Below are positions 1 through 11,230 of a stretch of DNA of 64,000 nucleotides, in pieces. The notes under the pieces were generated by a model that worked only from the letters and a program-made list of their open reading frames with translations, ran no database searches and was not told the DNA's origin. A program made the position numbers and the translations under genes. The stretch's first letter is position 1; each line of letters starts with the position of its first letter. Source of the DNA: Microcoleus sp. (GTDB lineage Bacteria > Cyanobacteriota > Cyanobacteriia > Cyanobacteriales > Microcoleaceae); assembly GCA_042408215.1 (NCBI GenBank), contig JAYFMW010000008.1:256001-320000 (forward strand), written 5' to 3'.

Positions 1-20
1 ATAGTTTTTTACCAAAATAT

Positions 21-401
21 TCATAACAAATCCTTAATTAAACCTACATAAATAAACATTGAATTAGCCAGGTAGCTTTCCGGTTCCTTTGGAGGAAAAG
101 CCGTTTCTAAAACTCCATCCAAGCCCATCATTACCAGCCATATGGTGTTATTTACACTGCTGGTAACTGTCGGATAAAACGTTTTTCCGTAGACGTACAT
201 ATAAACTTTAGCGTCAGCATCCCTAACAATAAAACTGATAACTCCATTATATTCTTCAAGGGTCGCGTCCGGCTCTAAATGGCCTAAATTAATCCTTTTG
301 AGTAAATGAGACATTGCTTTTCCAGGTTTCCAGAGAATTCCGTCTCTCACCCGCTCAATTGCCTGCACAACCTCTAATTGCCTACCTTCATCAAAAATCA
401 A
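21..401 (-). CDS. hypothetical protein
   Basis: 126-aa ORF with normal composition; TTG start uncertain. Confidence 0.6.
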   Translation of the reverse strand: MIFDEGRQLEVVQAIERVRDGILWKPGKAMSHLLKRINLGHLEPDATLEEYNGVISFIVRDADAKVYMYVYGKTFYPTVTSSVNNTIWLVMMGLDGVLETAFPPKEPESYLANSMFIYVGLIKDLL

Positions 402-410
402 CTTTAACCT

Positions 411-558
411 TATACCAATTTAATGGGTCGTTGCATATATCTCGATCCCCCTAAATCCCCCTTAAGAAGGGGGACTTTGAGAAGAATCTTGTCCCCCCCT
501 TATTAAGGGGGGCTAGGGGGGATCGGATTCTATGCAGCCTCATAAAAAATTGGTATTA
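411..558. repeat. MITE-like element containing a CCCCCCT...AGGGGGG palindromic repeat
   Basis: Terminal inverted repeats TATACCAATT / AATTGGTATTA enclosing nested C/G-tract hairpins (about 445-523). Confidence 0.55.
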
Positions 559-599
559 CCTGAGAAAAACTGAACTGCAAACAAACATATCATAACCTA

Positions 600-854
600 T
601 TGGGCATTCCCAAACAAATTACAAAACCTAAGTTCGATCGCCTATCGGAACTAGAAAAACAAGTAATCTCCTTGTTGGCGAAAGAAAGCCAGCCAGTCGA
701 TCGCACAAAATTACTTGAAAATGACATAATTCCGGTGTCAGATTTGGCAAATGCGCTGCAATCTCTATCGCGGCGTTGCTTGATCGAAAAACAAGGAAGT
801 AGTTACACTGTGCCGCCTGTGTTGAAGCAATATGCGATCGCCCATGCAGTGTAG
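600..854 (+). pseudogene. C-terminal winged-helix fragment of an NB-ARC/STAND-type ATPase
   Basis: FDRLSELEKQVISLLA...ALQSLSRRCLIEK...PVLKQY resembles the post-NB-ARC region; no upstream ATPase domain. Confidence 0.5.
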
Positions 855-975
855 ATACAACAATTGCTTGCATTCTCGCGCTTCACCCAAATTACTAGGA
901 GTGGCAATGGGCGATCGGGTAAATGGGGCGATCGGTTCGATAGAATGATCGGTAGTCGCAATTCCATTGTTTGCC

Positions 976-1317
976 ATGACGCTAAAAGAATTAGAGCCTC
1001 AACTGCTGGCACTCTCTGACGACGAAAAAGCTCAAGTCGTTCAACTCCTATCCCAAGGTAAAATCACTGCTTGGCGCGGGATTGAAAAAACCCCTGGTGT
1101 TTGTGGCGGCTCGGCCTGCATTGCTGGAACTCGCATCACCGTTTGGGGACTTGTAGAAGCTCGTCGCATTGGCTATAGCGAAGCCGATTTACTCACAAGC
1201 TATCTATCCCTCTCTGCTACTGATATTGCCCACGCTTGGGCATACGCCGAAGCATTCTCCGATGAAATTGAAACAGAAATTAGGGAAAATGATCAAGTGA
1301 TGGACGAGGATTTGTAA
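976..1317 (+). CDS. DUF433 antitoxin
   Basis: IEKTPGVCGGSACIAGTRITVW motif; immediately upstream of a PIN-like gene. Confidence 0.85.
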   Translation: MTLKELEPQLLALSDDEKAQVVQLLSQGKITAWRGIEKTPGVCGGSACIAGTRITVWGLVEARRIGYSEADLLTSYLSLSATDIAHAWAYAEAFSDEIETEIRENDQVMDEDL

Positions 1318-1320
1318 CGC

Positions 1321-1668
1321 ATGGCACGTCTCTATGCCGATGAGCAATACCCCTATCCTGTTGTAGAATTACTGCGAGCTTTAGGACAGGATGTTTTGAC
1401 TGTCCAAGAAGCAGGCAGAGCGAATCAGAAAATTCCTGACCCGGATGTTTTAGCTTTTGCTAGTAGCGAAAAACGTGCCGTCATTACCGAAAACCGTAAA
1501 GATTTCTTTCGGCTGCACCGCATACAGCCCCTTCATGCTGGCATTATCGCTTGTACGAACGATCGCAATTGGGAAGCGCTGGCTAACCGAATTCACACTG
1601 CGATCGCAGCTGCAGAACCTTTAGAAGGTAAACTGATTCGTGTTGTGCGCCCGGGTGTGTCACCGTAG
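1321..1668 (+). CDS. DUF5615 family PIN-like toxin
   Basis: RLYADEQ...DVLTVQEAG...DPDVLAFA...AVITENRKDF...HAGII motifs; paired with DUF433. Confidence 0.85.
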   Translation: MARLYADEQYPYPVVELLRALGQDVLTVQEAGRANQKIPDPDVLAFASSEKRAVITENRKDFFRLHRIQPLHAGIIACTNDRNWEALANRIHTAIAAAEPLEGKLIRVVRPGVSP

Positions 1669-1808
1669 TACGATCGAGCTTCTACATCAAACTCCTAGAT
1701 ACATAAACTCGCACAAACAAAAACCGGGCAACTCAAAAGCTACCCGGAAATCCCAACTTTAGACTTCAGGACAAGGCAATGCCCTGTCCCTACCTCTGCT
1801 TAAAATTC

Positions 1809-2886
1809 TTAAACAGCTACAGCCTTCTTAGGAGCGCTCAATTCGCCCTTAGCATACTTAGCTGCAAAATCATCCAAAGACATTTGCTTGATTTTTGTAC
1901 CGTGGCCAGCAGCAGCCAAAAGATTGATAGCGATCGCTACAAACTTTTTGCATATACTTGATCGATGGCTTCAAGAAGTGACGAGGATCAAACTCGTCAG
2001 GCTTCGCAAACAAAGCTTGACGTACCGCAGCGGTAATCGCCAAACGGTTGTCAGTATCGATATTGATTTTGCGAACGCCACACTTAATGCCCTTTTGGAT
2101 TTCTTCCACAGGTACGCCGTAGGTTTCGCGGATTTTGCCACCGTTGCTGTTGATGATTTCCAGCAACTCTTGGGGCACAGAAGAAGAACCGTGCATTACC
2201 AAGTGAGTATTCGGCAAGCGGCGGTGAATTTCTTCAATGCGGCTGATTGCCAAAATTTCGCCAGTCGGCTTGCGAGTGAACTTGTAAGCGCCGTGAGAAG
2301 TGCCGATCGCCACTGCTAGAGCATCTACGCCAGTTTGCTCAACAAAATCAACAGCTTGTTCAGGATCTGTCAACAATTGATCGTGAGACAAAGCACCTTC
2401 AAAGCCGTGGCCATCTTCTGCTTCGCCCATTCCTGTTTCCAGAGAACCCAAGCAACCCAATTCGCCTTCGACGCTAACGCCGATCGAATGAGCAACATTC
2501 ACCACATCGCGAGTAACTTGGACATTGTACTCGTAGCTAGCAGGAGTTTTAGCATCTCCTTCCAGAGAACCGTCCATCATGACGCTGGTGAAACCTTGGC
2601 GCATGGCGGAATAGCAAGTACCAGGGGCATTACCGTGGTCTTGGTGCATGGAAATGGGGATGTGAGGATAGGTTTCAACTGCCGCCAAAATCAAGTGGCG
2701 CAGGAAATTTTCCCCAGCGTAGGTGCGAGCGCCGCGAGAAGCTTGCAAGATCACGGGGCTGTTGGTTTCATCAGCAGCGCGCATGATCGCTTGGATTTGC
2801 TCCATGTTATTGACGTTGTAAGCCGGTAGGCCGTAACCATTTTCAGCCGCGTGGTCGAGCAGCAGTCTCATAGGTACAAGCGCCAT
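1809..2886 (-). CDS. fbaA: class II fructose-bisphosphate aldolase (+1 frameshift near 1913-1917, probably an artefact)
   Basis: [34 protein letters not shown] motifs; removing one base restores the C-terminus [25 protein letters not shown], ending at TAA 1809-1811. Confidence 0.93.
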
Positions 2887-3094
2887 AGATATTCCTCCTA
2901 ATTATTTGTGGTTTCTGGGCAGTGAATTTTGGACAAGTTCAATTCTTACGACAATATTAAGACAATTTGCCACCGATCGCGCACTATCTTTCCAGATTTG
3001 TAATTTTGAAACCCAAAATTTTGAGCTTTGAACTCGGAGCCTTCGACTCAAAATTCAGGGCAGGCACGGGGGCACTGCCCCTACAAATTTTTTA

Positions 3095-3166
3095 TGGGTC
3101 GCCCGGGATTTGAACCCGAGACCAATCGGTTAAAAGCCGAATGCTCTACCGCTGAGCTAGCGACCC
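3095..3166 (-). tRNA. tRNA-Lys (anticodon TTT)
   Basis: Minus strand GGGTCGCTAGCTCAGCGGTAGAGCATTCGGCTTTTAACCGATTGGTCTCGGGTTCAAATCCCGGGCGACCCA folds as a cloverleaf. Confidence 0.96.
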
Positions 3167-3234
3167 GCTCAAACTTTCGTTCTCGCACACTGTTTTTAAC
3201 ATTAGCACCCATCTCTAAAAATAGCAAGTCTTTT

Positions 3235-4134
3235 TCAAAAAAAAGTTGCCGTCATGCGAACCAGCATCTCGCAACTCGCGCCTGGGGGTAAATAAATCAG
3301 GTGTGCGCCTGTGTTTAGGGCATTCCGAGGGGCAGTCCAAGGTTCCAGACAGTAAAAATCCTTGCCCTTTAGCGTCCAGAAAACCAACCTCGCATAGCTG
3401 GAGTTGTAACTGAGGGTGAGGCGCAAGTCCCGCGCCGAGTCAGTGACAGTAGCAGCCAGACCGGTCAGCTCATCAAAAGAAACATCAATTTCATCCAGCG
3501 TCGGGTCAAAAACCCCTGTGAAGTAATCCTTGGAGTGAGTGTTGTGATCTCTGTACTGCATCCCAGGAATCTCAAAGCGCAGCTTGGTCTTGTCGGGAGC
3601 TAGAAAGTAAGGGTGTAAGCCGCTAGAAAAGGGCATAGGCTCCGCAGAAAGATTCGTGTATCGCTGAATAATTTCCAAAGAATTGCCTTTAATCTGATAA
3701 GTAAAGGCTAATTGGAAATCAAAGGGGTAAACAGCCAGGGTTCGATCGCTGCTTTCGAGAACCAAGGTAAGAGCCGCGCAACCATCCGTCACTTGTGAAG
3801 CAGCCACCCAAGGCTCGTCACGAGCAAAGCCGTGTTGTTTGAGCGTCCGCTGCACTCCTTTGTGAGTGTAAGTGTTGTCGGGAAGATTACCGCAGATCGG
3901 AAACTGAATTGGCATCCCGCCGCGTACAGTCAAATCTGGATTAGCGAACCGTTCCGCGTCCAAGTAGAAGATTTCTTTGCCTTCAACCAGCCAGCTAGTA
4001 GCTATACCGCCCCGTTCCGGCACCACTTCTAGACTGGAGTTAGCGGTTGCGTCCGAGAGGATATAGGTTTTGTACTGCTTTTGCTGGAGCGCGATCGCAA
4101 ACACATTTGTCATCGGTAGTAGGTCATCGATCAT
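3235..4134 (-). CDS. aldose 1-epimerase family protein
   Basis: RGGMPIQFPICG, QHGFARD, GLHPYF, FYCLEPW motifs. Confidence 0.88.
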   Translation of the reverse strand: MIDDLLPMTNVFAIALQQKQYKTYILSDATANSSLEVVPERGGIATSWLVEGKEIFYLDAERFANPDLTVRGGMPIQFPICGNLPDNTYTHKGVQRTLKQHGFARDEPWVAASQVTDGCAALTLVLESSDRTLAVYPFDFQLAFTYQIKGNSLEIIQRYTNLSAEPMPFSSGLHPYFLAPDKTKLRFEIPGMQYRDHNTHSKDYFTGVFDPTLDEIDVSFDELTGLAATVTDSARDLRLTLSYNSSYARLVFWTLKGKDFYCLEPWTAPRNALNTGAHLIYLPPGASCEMLVRMTATFF

Positions 4135-4208
4135 TGGTTGTCAATAAATTGGTGATTAATAGTAAGTCGCCGATCGTAATGCTATTCACCGATGACCGCC
4201 CAGCACCT

Positions 4209-6314
4209 TCAAAGTGCGCCGTCACTCCGGCTACCCCGTGGCGAACCAATCCCGGAGGCGAAAGGAGGTAGGGCGATCTCCTGTTCGCGATCGCGAATTG
4301 TGCTGCGAGCGGTCAGTACCTGGGAAAGAGCCTGCTCTTTGACAGAGACTTTGAAAGATAGAGCCGGAGTCGGGGGAACATAGCCTTGGGGGCTGAGTAC
4401 GGCTCCAGAATTGGGGGATGGCGGCGAAATGAACGGTTCTTTGATGAATGGCTCTTTGGTAAATGGCTCTGCTTCTCCGCTGGGCTTTTCTGGTTGACCT
4501 CGGTAGATGCGCGGTGGCAAATCTTGACTCTCTGGCGGGCTTGACTCAGGAGCAGGTGTACTTCCGTTCTGCAAAACTGACGAGTTTTCCTGCTGTTTGG
4601 GCGTCGTCGGCAAAGTCGGCAAAATCGGAGTAGGTTTGGGTTGTGCTGGCTGGGGCAGATTAGTGTCATCTTTCGGGACTGGGGAATTCAGTCCGGGCTG
4701 GTCATTACCACTTTTTGTCGCTCCTGGCAATGGAGAATTCGGAGTATTTGGTGCTGGTGTTGCCGAAACTGGGGCATCGAGAACTACTGGCGATCGCATG
4801 GGCTTGTCAAAAATACTAGAAATCTGCTCAACGTGTTTGAGGATGCGCTCTGCGGCCGAGCCATTGACCACCTTCGGCTGAAACTGTTTCACCTCCACAG
4901 GGAGAAACTCTACCTTCATATTCCTGTCTTTGAGCGATACTTTCAGCACTGCTGTATCGTAATCGCTGCGAACATTCCCACCGAAGATAAAATTACCCAG
5001 GGAGTAAACAATCGGTCGGCCCTTGTAAATTTCTGCACCTTGCAGGACGTTGGGGTGATGTCCCACCACCAAATCTGCTCCTTGGTCGATCGTGAACCGA
5101 GCCAAATCTATCTGCCAATCCCCCGGATAATCTGCCAATTCCACACCCCAGTGATAATTAACAATAATCCAGTCTACCTGACCCCTGAGAGCTCGAATAT
5201 CCTCCGCCACCCGGTCGTTGCGACGGGAGTTAGTCCCTGCTTTCCCACTGTCGGCGGCGTGTAGGTCAGAATCGTAGTAACCAAGGTAAGCGATCCGCTG
5301 ACCTTTAACCTCAATAATATCTGGACGCCTGGCTTCTTTAAGATCTCTACCGGCTCCCAGGTGCTGAATGCCAGCATTATTTAGAGTATTTATAGTTTCC
5401 ACCAGCCCTGGTTCCTCGTAATCCATAGCGTGGTTATTTGCCAGATTGACAAGATCCACTCCTCCTGCTGTTAATACTTTCACCGATTCTGGATCTGCTT
5501 TAAAATTTAATTGTTTTTTGCTCTGGCCCAGGGTAGAACGAGTCAGGGGGTTTTCCAGGTTAACCATCGCTACATCTGCTTGCCGATATTCATCCATATT
5601 GGCGAAGGCCGAATGGTAATCATTGCCGGCGGCGGCATCCAATAGATTCACATTCCCGCCGAACATCAGCGTTACAGTGGGGTCGTAGGGATTGATCACT
5701 TGTTTTTGCTGCACCACTGGTACTATTTCTAAGGCTGCTTGCACCGCATCAGGACGTTTCGCAGGTGGGCCCGACATTACCAGTGCCTGCTGCTGTTGGG
5801 AGGCGGGCGACACTAACCGCATAGCAAAAGCCTCGTGGTAGCTAACCCAACATCCTAAAATAAATGAGGCAACTGCTGACCCAACTAGGAGCAGAGAACG
5901 ATAGGTTTTAAACTTCACCCAATCGACAGGCCTGGTAGATCTTAGCGCCCGTCGCCGAGAAGCCGGAGTGACAATTCGTACTGACTGTTTCCAGAGAATA
6001 TCGGGTTCCCCAGCCAAGCGCGCCTGAATTCGCACCCCTTGCACTGCTGGCGAGTTTAGTCTCCAGAGTTGATGGCAAATAAATTTAACTAAGCCTTCGC
6101 GCAGAGTGCTACCCAATAATGTAGTATCTGACGCAAATTCGCGTTGGAATTCGACTAATATTTGCAAGCAGCCAGCCTGAGCTTCTTCAACGCGGGCATA
6201 GATCCCTTCTGGTCGGAGCAAGCTGTCAATCCAGTCATTCAGGGCTTGAAAGTTGCCCGATCGCGCTAGCTCAAACATAGAGGGCTGCGACCAATTTTCC
6301 GCGTATACCATCAA
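4209..6314 (-). CDS. CapA (PGA_cap) family metallophosphoesterase with Pro-rich tail
   Basis: NLENP, NLANNHAMDY, HWGVE, GHHPNVLQG, YSLGNFIF motifs; one TM segment. Confidence 0.88.
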   Translation of the reverse strand: MMVYAENWSQPSMFELARSGNFQALNDWIDSLLRPEGIYARVEEAQAGCLQILVEFQREFASDTTLLGSTLREGLVKFICHQLWRLNSPAVQGVRIQARLAGEPDILWKQSVRIVTPASRRRALRSTRPVDWVKFKTYRSLLLVGSAVASFILGCWVSYHEAFAMRLVSPASQQQQALVMSGPPAKRPDAVQAALEIVPVVQQKQVINPYDPTVTLMFGGNVNLLDAAAGNDYHSAFANMDEYRQADVAMVNLENPLTRSTLGQSKKQLNFKADPESVKVLTAGGVDLVNLANNHAMDYEEPGLVETINTLNNAGIQHLGAGRDLKEARRPDIIEVKGQRIAYLGYYDSDLHAADSGKAGTNSRRNDRVAEDIRALRGQVDWIIVNYHWGVELADYPGDWQIDLARFTIDQGADLVVGHHPNVLQGAEIYKGRPIVYSLGNFIFGGNVRSDYDTAVLKVSLKDRNMKVEFLPVEVKQFQPKVVNGSAAERILKHVEQISSIFDKPMRSPVVLDAPVSATPAPNTPNSPLPGATKSGNDQPGLNSPVPKDDTNLPQPAQPKPTPILPTLPTTPKQQENSSVLQNGSTPAPESSPPESQDLPPRIYRGQPEKPSGEAEPFTKEPFIKEPFISPPSPNSGAVLSPQGYVPPTPALSFKVSVKEQALSQVLTARSTIRDREQEIALPPFASGIGSPRGSRSDGAL

Positions 6315-7193
6315 TTAGCCTCCTTAACACCGCTTCTAAAAACCTACAGAAATCTGTAAATCAAACTTAGCGGTCTATGTTTAGCCTAGACTAAGTGCTA
6401 TAAGCTTCCTGATTGCTCAGGTTTGCCTAATCTTCCCAGTTAGAGACTGCCTTGATTAGCAGAGGCATTGAAAGATTTGGTTTTTTGATGATTAGTTGGA
6501 GCAAGAGTGTGTTTCTGTGGTTTTCACAGTCAGCTTGAGCAACCCGCACTAATCAAGCGCGTTTCGACCGTTTATAACGATTCTTGCTTGCTTTCGCCAA
6601 AGTCTGACAAATCTAGACTTGTCTAGATTTTTAGGCTACTGTTTTAAACCCTCGATCGCTGACTCCATTTTTTGTGAACGGAACCGCAATTCTTTTAGCT
6701 TAACCGCTACAGGTTCCTCTGCTCGCTTTGAAGCTAGTTGAGCGACCGCCATCATTTTATACAGTTCGCGACCGCCTGCTGTCAGTGACTTCCATCACAC
6801 TTGTGGGAGTAATTCTCAAATCTCAAATCTCAAATCGGCTGACAGGGTTTTCAGGAAAAATGACTATTGTCTTTGTTTTGTCTTGGTTTGAGTGTCGCCT
6901 GGGGGCGATCGCGAAGTCAAGTCGTTCCATGCTCCGAATCTATGAGAGCCGAAGGCTCACGGGAGTGATGCAAGCGGCTGCATAACCTGGGACCGAAGTA
7001 TGTTTTCAAAGAGAGGCGTACTAGATAGATTTAGTGGTAACATGAAATTTGGTAGCCCCCATCGGTGTCAAAGTTTCGGAGAACGTGAAACTGGCTAGTC
7101 TGTAAGGCTGTGCCTTCCGATGTAAAACTCAAAGTACGTTACTGTAAACAGGTCATATTTTAAGCAAGTTACACTGCGCAGGAGAACTGACAA

Positions 7194-7505
7194 ATGCTAC
7201 AGCGCAAAATCTATCAACTCTGTTGTGATGGTCGTGAGGTTTCTATTTTTCTTCGAGATCAGCAACGTTGGATAGAGCGCGCTCGTATCCTAGATATTGA
7301 AGGGGATCTAGTCACGCTGCGCTACGAAACCGACGAAGAAGACGAAATTAGCTCCTGGGAAGAAATGGTGCGTCTAGAAAGTATTGGAGCTGTGTCCCAG
7401 AAGTTGGCTTCGGTGTCGAGAACTAACTGCGAGCCCCTAGTTTCTGACGACTGTCCAGAGATAGAACAAATTCGCAATCATTACCCAGACTCTAATTTGG
7501 AATAG
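7194..7505 (+). CDS. conserved cyanobacterial protein (DUF6679-like)
   Basis: MLQRKIYQLCCDGREV...WEEMVRLESIGAV; AGGAG RBS upstream. Confidence 0.75.
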   Translation: MLQRKIYQLCCDGREVSIFLRDQQRWIERARILDIEGDLVTLRYETDEEDEISSWEEMVRLESIGAVSQKLASVSRTNCEPLVSDDCPEIEQIRNHYPDSNLE

Positions 7506-7592
7506 TTTTGAGCTTGTGTCTGGGGAAGCAGATGATATCAAAGAGATTGGGGGTTCAGGAAGCAACTTTCCCCCCTTTTTTTGTTTTCTCGA

Positions 7593-9242
7593 TCAGTCTG
7601 TTTCCAAGTCGGGATCAAGTTCAGATTCCGGTATCGCTTCAAACACGGGACAGTAACCGTCGGGGGTAACTTTAAAGGCAAACAAAGCACTGGACTGGTT
7701 CCAACAGCGTTGGCCGCGGTAGTGCTGACAGTTGCCACAGCATTCAATGTTAACAGTGCGGGTGCGATCGCCCCCTTGGTATGCGATCGAAGAGAGCAGT
7801 TCCCGCTGGGAGAGACCGCGCAGTACCAGTTCTTCCCCTTGCCAGCGGGCTTCTACCAAACCCGTATCGGCAAAATTGATCCAGCGAGAATCGTCTGTAA
7901 TCGAGTTCGGCAAGCTAATCGCTACCTCCGTCCCCAACTCGCTGAGTTCTCCCTGATAATTAGTGTCCGGGATAGCCGGTTGCAGAAAAGTTTCCCCAAT
8001 GGGCAATTCGACAAGAGTGCCGGCGGCGGGAGTATGCAACTGGTAGCGGTTACGCAACTCGTCCAAATTAGCGAGGTCAGCCAAATATGCAGGGGAACCG
8101 TGGATCAAAAGTACGTGTTGGGGACGCAAATTGTGAATGAGCTGCGTAGTCCCCGGGCCGTCGCAGTGTTCTGTCAACAAATAAGTTTCGATGCTTCTGA
8201 GTCCAGACTCGTGTAAGGAACCAAGCCATGCCCTGACGGGAGATCCGGGTTTTTGAGCAGCCAGCACAATCCAAGGATTTGTGCCGCTTGCCTGGTACTG
8301 ATCCAAATCAGCAGTTTGATCCGCGATGACAATACAGGGATTTTCGCCCAAACAGGAGCGTTGTTCGGGAGACAGTCGGCGCACGCGGGGCTTCACCCTT
8401 TCGTCCCAAAATAGGGGTTGGTGCTGAGCAAAATTTTGGACTGCTGTGGGAAATTGGGTGAGCAATTCCAGATAGGCGTCGCACCCGTCGGCAACAGTGC
8501 CATCTACCCAAATATCCAAGTCGCGGCCGGTGAAGAAGTGGTGGCTGCGTAGCAACATTAGGAGTTCCTGACCCAAACCGAGTGAAGGCGTGGGCAGCAG
8601 TACGGAATACCCGTCGGCTATGGCACGGTGAATCCGCTCTGCCAACAGATTTTCCAGTTGTCGGCGGTGAGGGTGGCGCGCGGTGCCGTAACTCCCTTCG
8701 AGAATGAGCACGTCAGGCTTGAGTCCTCTGAGTTCTCCCAGGGGCAATCCTTCCACCAAACGAGAATTGGACAGAAAAAAATCGCCGGTGTACAGGAGGG
8801 TGTAGGTGCGGTGGGGGGCGGCGTAGGTCAACAGCACGGCTGCGGCTCCTGGCAAATGGCCAGAAGGGAACAATTGCACGCTTAGTCCTCGGCGTAGTTC
8901 TACTGGCGACTGCCAAGGCAGTGCCTGACAGAACCTCGACTCTGGCTGCTGAGACAGTTGCGGCCAGTTGAGCGGTAGCAGTTGCGTTGTGACTTCGCTG
9001 GCGTAAATTGGCAGTTGTCGGAAGGACTGGTGGAGTGCTAGTAAACCTCTGGCGTGGTCGGAATGGGCGTGAGTACAGAGGACAAAATCGGCTGGCTGGG
9101 GTCGATCGAGTCCTGCTGACAGAGGTGAGATATCCTGGATGCCACAGTCGAGTAAAATGCGGTGCGGCCCCATTCGCACTAACAGACAGACCCCTTCATC
9201 TGCGTGGCCAGTGCCGTAAGGTAAACAATCGAGCTCCATCAT
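7593..9242 (-). CDS. MBL-fold metallo-hydrolase, beta-CASP RNA-processing type
   Basis: LLDCG, THAHSDHARG, GHLPGA, YTGD, EGSYG, LIHG motifs. Confidence 0.88.
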   Translation of the reverse strand: MMELDCLPYGTGHADEGVCLLVRMGPHRILLDCGIQDISPLSAGLDRPQPADFVLCTHAHSDHARGLLALHQSFRQLPIYASEVTTQLLPLNWPQLSQQPESRFCQALPWQSPVELRRGLSVQLFPSGHLPGAAAVLLTYAAPHRTYTLLYTGDFFLSNSRLVEGLPLGELRGLKPDVLILEGSYGTARHPHRRQLENLLAERIHRAIADGYSVLLPTPSLGLGQELLMLLRSHHFFTGRDLDIWVDGTVADGCDAYLELLTQFPTAVQNFAQHQPLFWDERVKPRVRRLSPEQRSCLGENPCIVIADQTADLDQYQASGTNPWIVLAAQKPGSPVRAWLGSLHESGLRSIETYLLTEHCDGPGTTQLIHNLRPQHVLLIHGSPAYLADLANLDELRNRYQLHTPAAGTLVELPIGETFLQPAIPDTNYQGELSELGTEVAISLPNSITDDSRWINFADTGLVEARWQGEELVLRGLSQRELLSSIAYQGGDRTRTVNIECCGNCQHYRGQRCWNQSSALFAFKVTPDGYCPVFEAIPESELDPDLETD

Positions 9243-9388
9243 TGCAGTTAGCCCCCAGCTTTGCGCGCAATTTGCAGTATTATAAAACTTTATTAAGTTT
9301 GTAAGCAGTAGTAAGCAATGGTAGTATCATATAGTTAGAAGGCTCAACAGAGATAATTATTACAATTATTAAAAAATGGAGAGTCTGA

Positions 9389-10702
9389 ATGCAACTAGCA
9401 GAGAGACACAGCATTAAATCCACCGAAAATCGTTTTGTTGAAATTGACGGATTAGCCTTTAAATCAAAAAATCTCTACAACGTCGCTAACTACGTTATTC
9501 GTCAGAGTTTTGTCTATGGATGGGGTTATATCAATTACAACGAAATGAACCGTTTGATGAAGTCTCATCAAGCATACAAGGACTTACCAGCCAAGGTAAG
9601 TCAACAAATCTTGATGATATTGGACAAGAATTGGCAATCTTTTTTTGAAGCCGTTAAAGCTTACAATATTGAGCCAACAAAATTTACTGGTCGCCCGAAG
9701 TTACCGAAGTACAAAGATAAAGTTAAGGGTCGGAATATTCTCGTCTATACGATTCAGGCGATTAGTAGCAAGCAACTAAAGAAAGGAATTATCCATCTGT
9801 CCGGGACTAATATCTTGATTAAGACCCAGGTAAAACCAGAGCAAATTTGTCAAGTCAGACTGGTTCCAAAATGTGATTCTTATGTAATCGAGGTAATTTA
9901 TAATGAGCCGGAGTCCACCGTCGAACCAAATCCGAAAGAAGCAATTGCTAGTATCGACTTAGGGCTAAATAATTTAGTGGCGTTAACTTCAAATCAGCCG
10001 GGATTTGTCCCTTTACTGATTAACGGGCGACCATTAAAATCAATTAATCAGTTTTACAACAAGCGCAAAGCCCATCTACAATCTCAGCTAAAAGGAAGTC
10101 GCAAAACATCATCTCGAATTAGGTGTCTCACTCGTTGTCGCAATCAAAAAGTCGAGAATTACTTACACCATACCAGTCGTTCTATCATCAATCTTCTAAT
10201 AGAACGAAAGCTCGGGACGCTAGTGATTGGAAAAAACCTACAATGGAAAAACGAGATTAACTTAGGGAAGCAGACAAATCAGAACTTCGTAACTATTCCT
10301 CATGCTCGATTAATTGAGATGTTGGAATACAAAGCTGAATTGGTTGGAATAAGAGTGATGGTGCAGGAAGAATCATATACTTCTCAATCCAGTTTCCTAA
10401 ATTTAGATCCAATTCCTGTATACGGGAGTATTGGTGCCCTGGATGTCACATTCAGTGGCCAACGAATTAAGAGAGGATTGTACAAAACGTCGGAGGGTCA
10501 ATTAATTAATGCCGATGTTAATGGGTCTTACAATATATTGAGAAAAGCAATCCCAAATGCCTTGTGCAATGGGATAGAGAGCTGCGTAGTTCAGCCGAGG
10601 CGGGTTAATCCGCTCGAAGTAAAAAAGAAAGGGGAGGGACTTCATGCCTCCCACGGCACTGTCATAAATGACTATACTTTTACCAGCTATCACAATATTT
10701 AA
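9389..10702 (+). CDS. tnpB: IS200/IS605-family RNA-guided endonuclease TnpB (no tnpA)
   Basis: SKNLYN, SIDLGLNNL, LEYKA, QEESYTSQ, INADVNGSYNI motifs. Confidence 0.9.
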   Translation: MQLAERHSIKSTENRFVEIDGLAFKSKNLYNVANYVIRQSFVYGWGYINYNEMNRLMKSHQAYKDLPAKVSQQILMILDKNWQSFFEAVKAYNIEPTKFTGRPKLPKYKDKVKGRNILVYTIQAISSKQLKKGIIHLSGTNILIKTQVKPEQICQVRLVPKCDSYVIEVIYNEPESTVEPNPKEAIASIDLGLNNLVALTSNQPGFVPLLINGRPLKSINQFYNKRKAHLQSQLKGSRKTSSRIRCLTRCRNQKVENYLHHTSRSIINLLIERKLGTLVIGKNLQWKNEINLGKQTNQNFVTIPHARLIEMLEYKAELVGIRVMVQEESYTSQSSFLNLDPIPVYGSIGALDVTFSGQRIKRGLYKTSEGQLINADVNGSYNILRKAIPNALCNGIESCVVQPRRVNPLEVKKKGEGLHASHGTVINDYTFTSYHNI

Positions 10703-11230
10703 ACTCTTGTCACGACTCCATGCATTGATCGAGTGGAAATGTTTGCGATACAGATTCGGCCCTTAAGATTTGATGCTACCAAGGAAAGCGATCTGCCGAT
10801 TGATACACAAGTCGTCGTATTTGTCAACGTGCAAATCCGAGCTGATGGGGACTGTTGGCTGCCGATCGCACGGAGAATTGATCCAAGGCTGAAGGAGCGA
10901 TCGTTTTCAGGAGCATAAATTATGTCGAAAAAAAACTTGACATCAGCGGGTCTGCGAAAGTAAAAATAAGTAAAAGCAACAACAAAAAGAGGATTAATGT
11001 TTGAGTCGCGAGTGGCGATCGGCAAGTATTGCATTGAGGGGTTGCTATTGGCTAAAACCTCCGCTCAAATACGGAGTAGCAATTGCTTCAGAGTGGAGAA
11101 CGGGACAGTAAAAATATGTAAAAGCAAATACGCAGCCACTAATACTTAGAGTAAAATACACAATTGCAACAAGGCAATACTTAGATAAATAAACATTCAA
11201 ACCAAGCATTAAATCCCAGTAAAATAACTC

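Noticed and set aside
1870..1920. Programmed frameshift or novel C-terminus in fbaA
   Set aside because: No slippery sequence; the same single-base pattern recurs elsewhere and fits consensus error.
3095..3166. tRNA-Lys as an island attachment site
   Set aside because: No integrase and no duplicated tRNA 3' end seen in the window.
6315..7193. Riboswitch or ncRNA in the long divergent intergenic region
   Set aside because: Short hairpins are present, but I could not match a family consensus; needs an Infernal/Rfam scan.
10699..11034. ORFs 10699-11034 (-) and 10733-10918 (+)
   Set aside because: No recognisable motifs; the element end of the upstream tnpB could not be placed confidently either.
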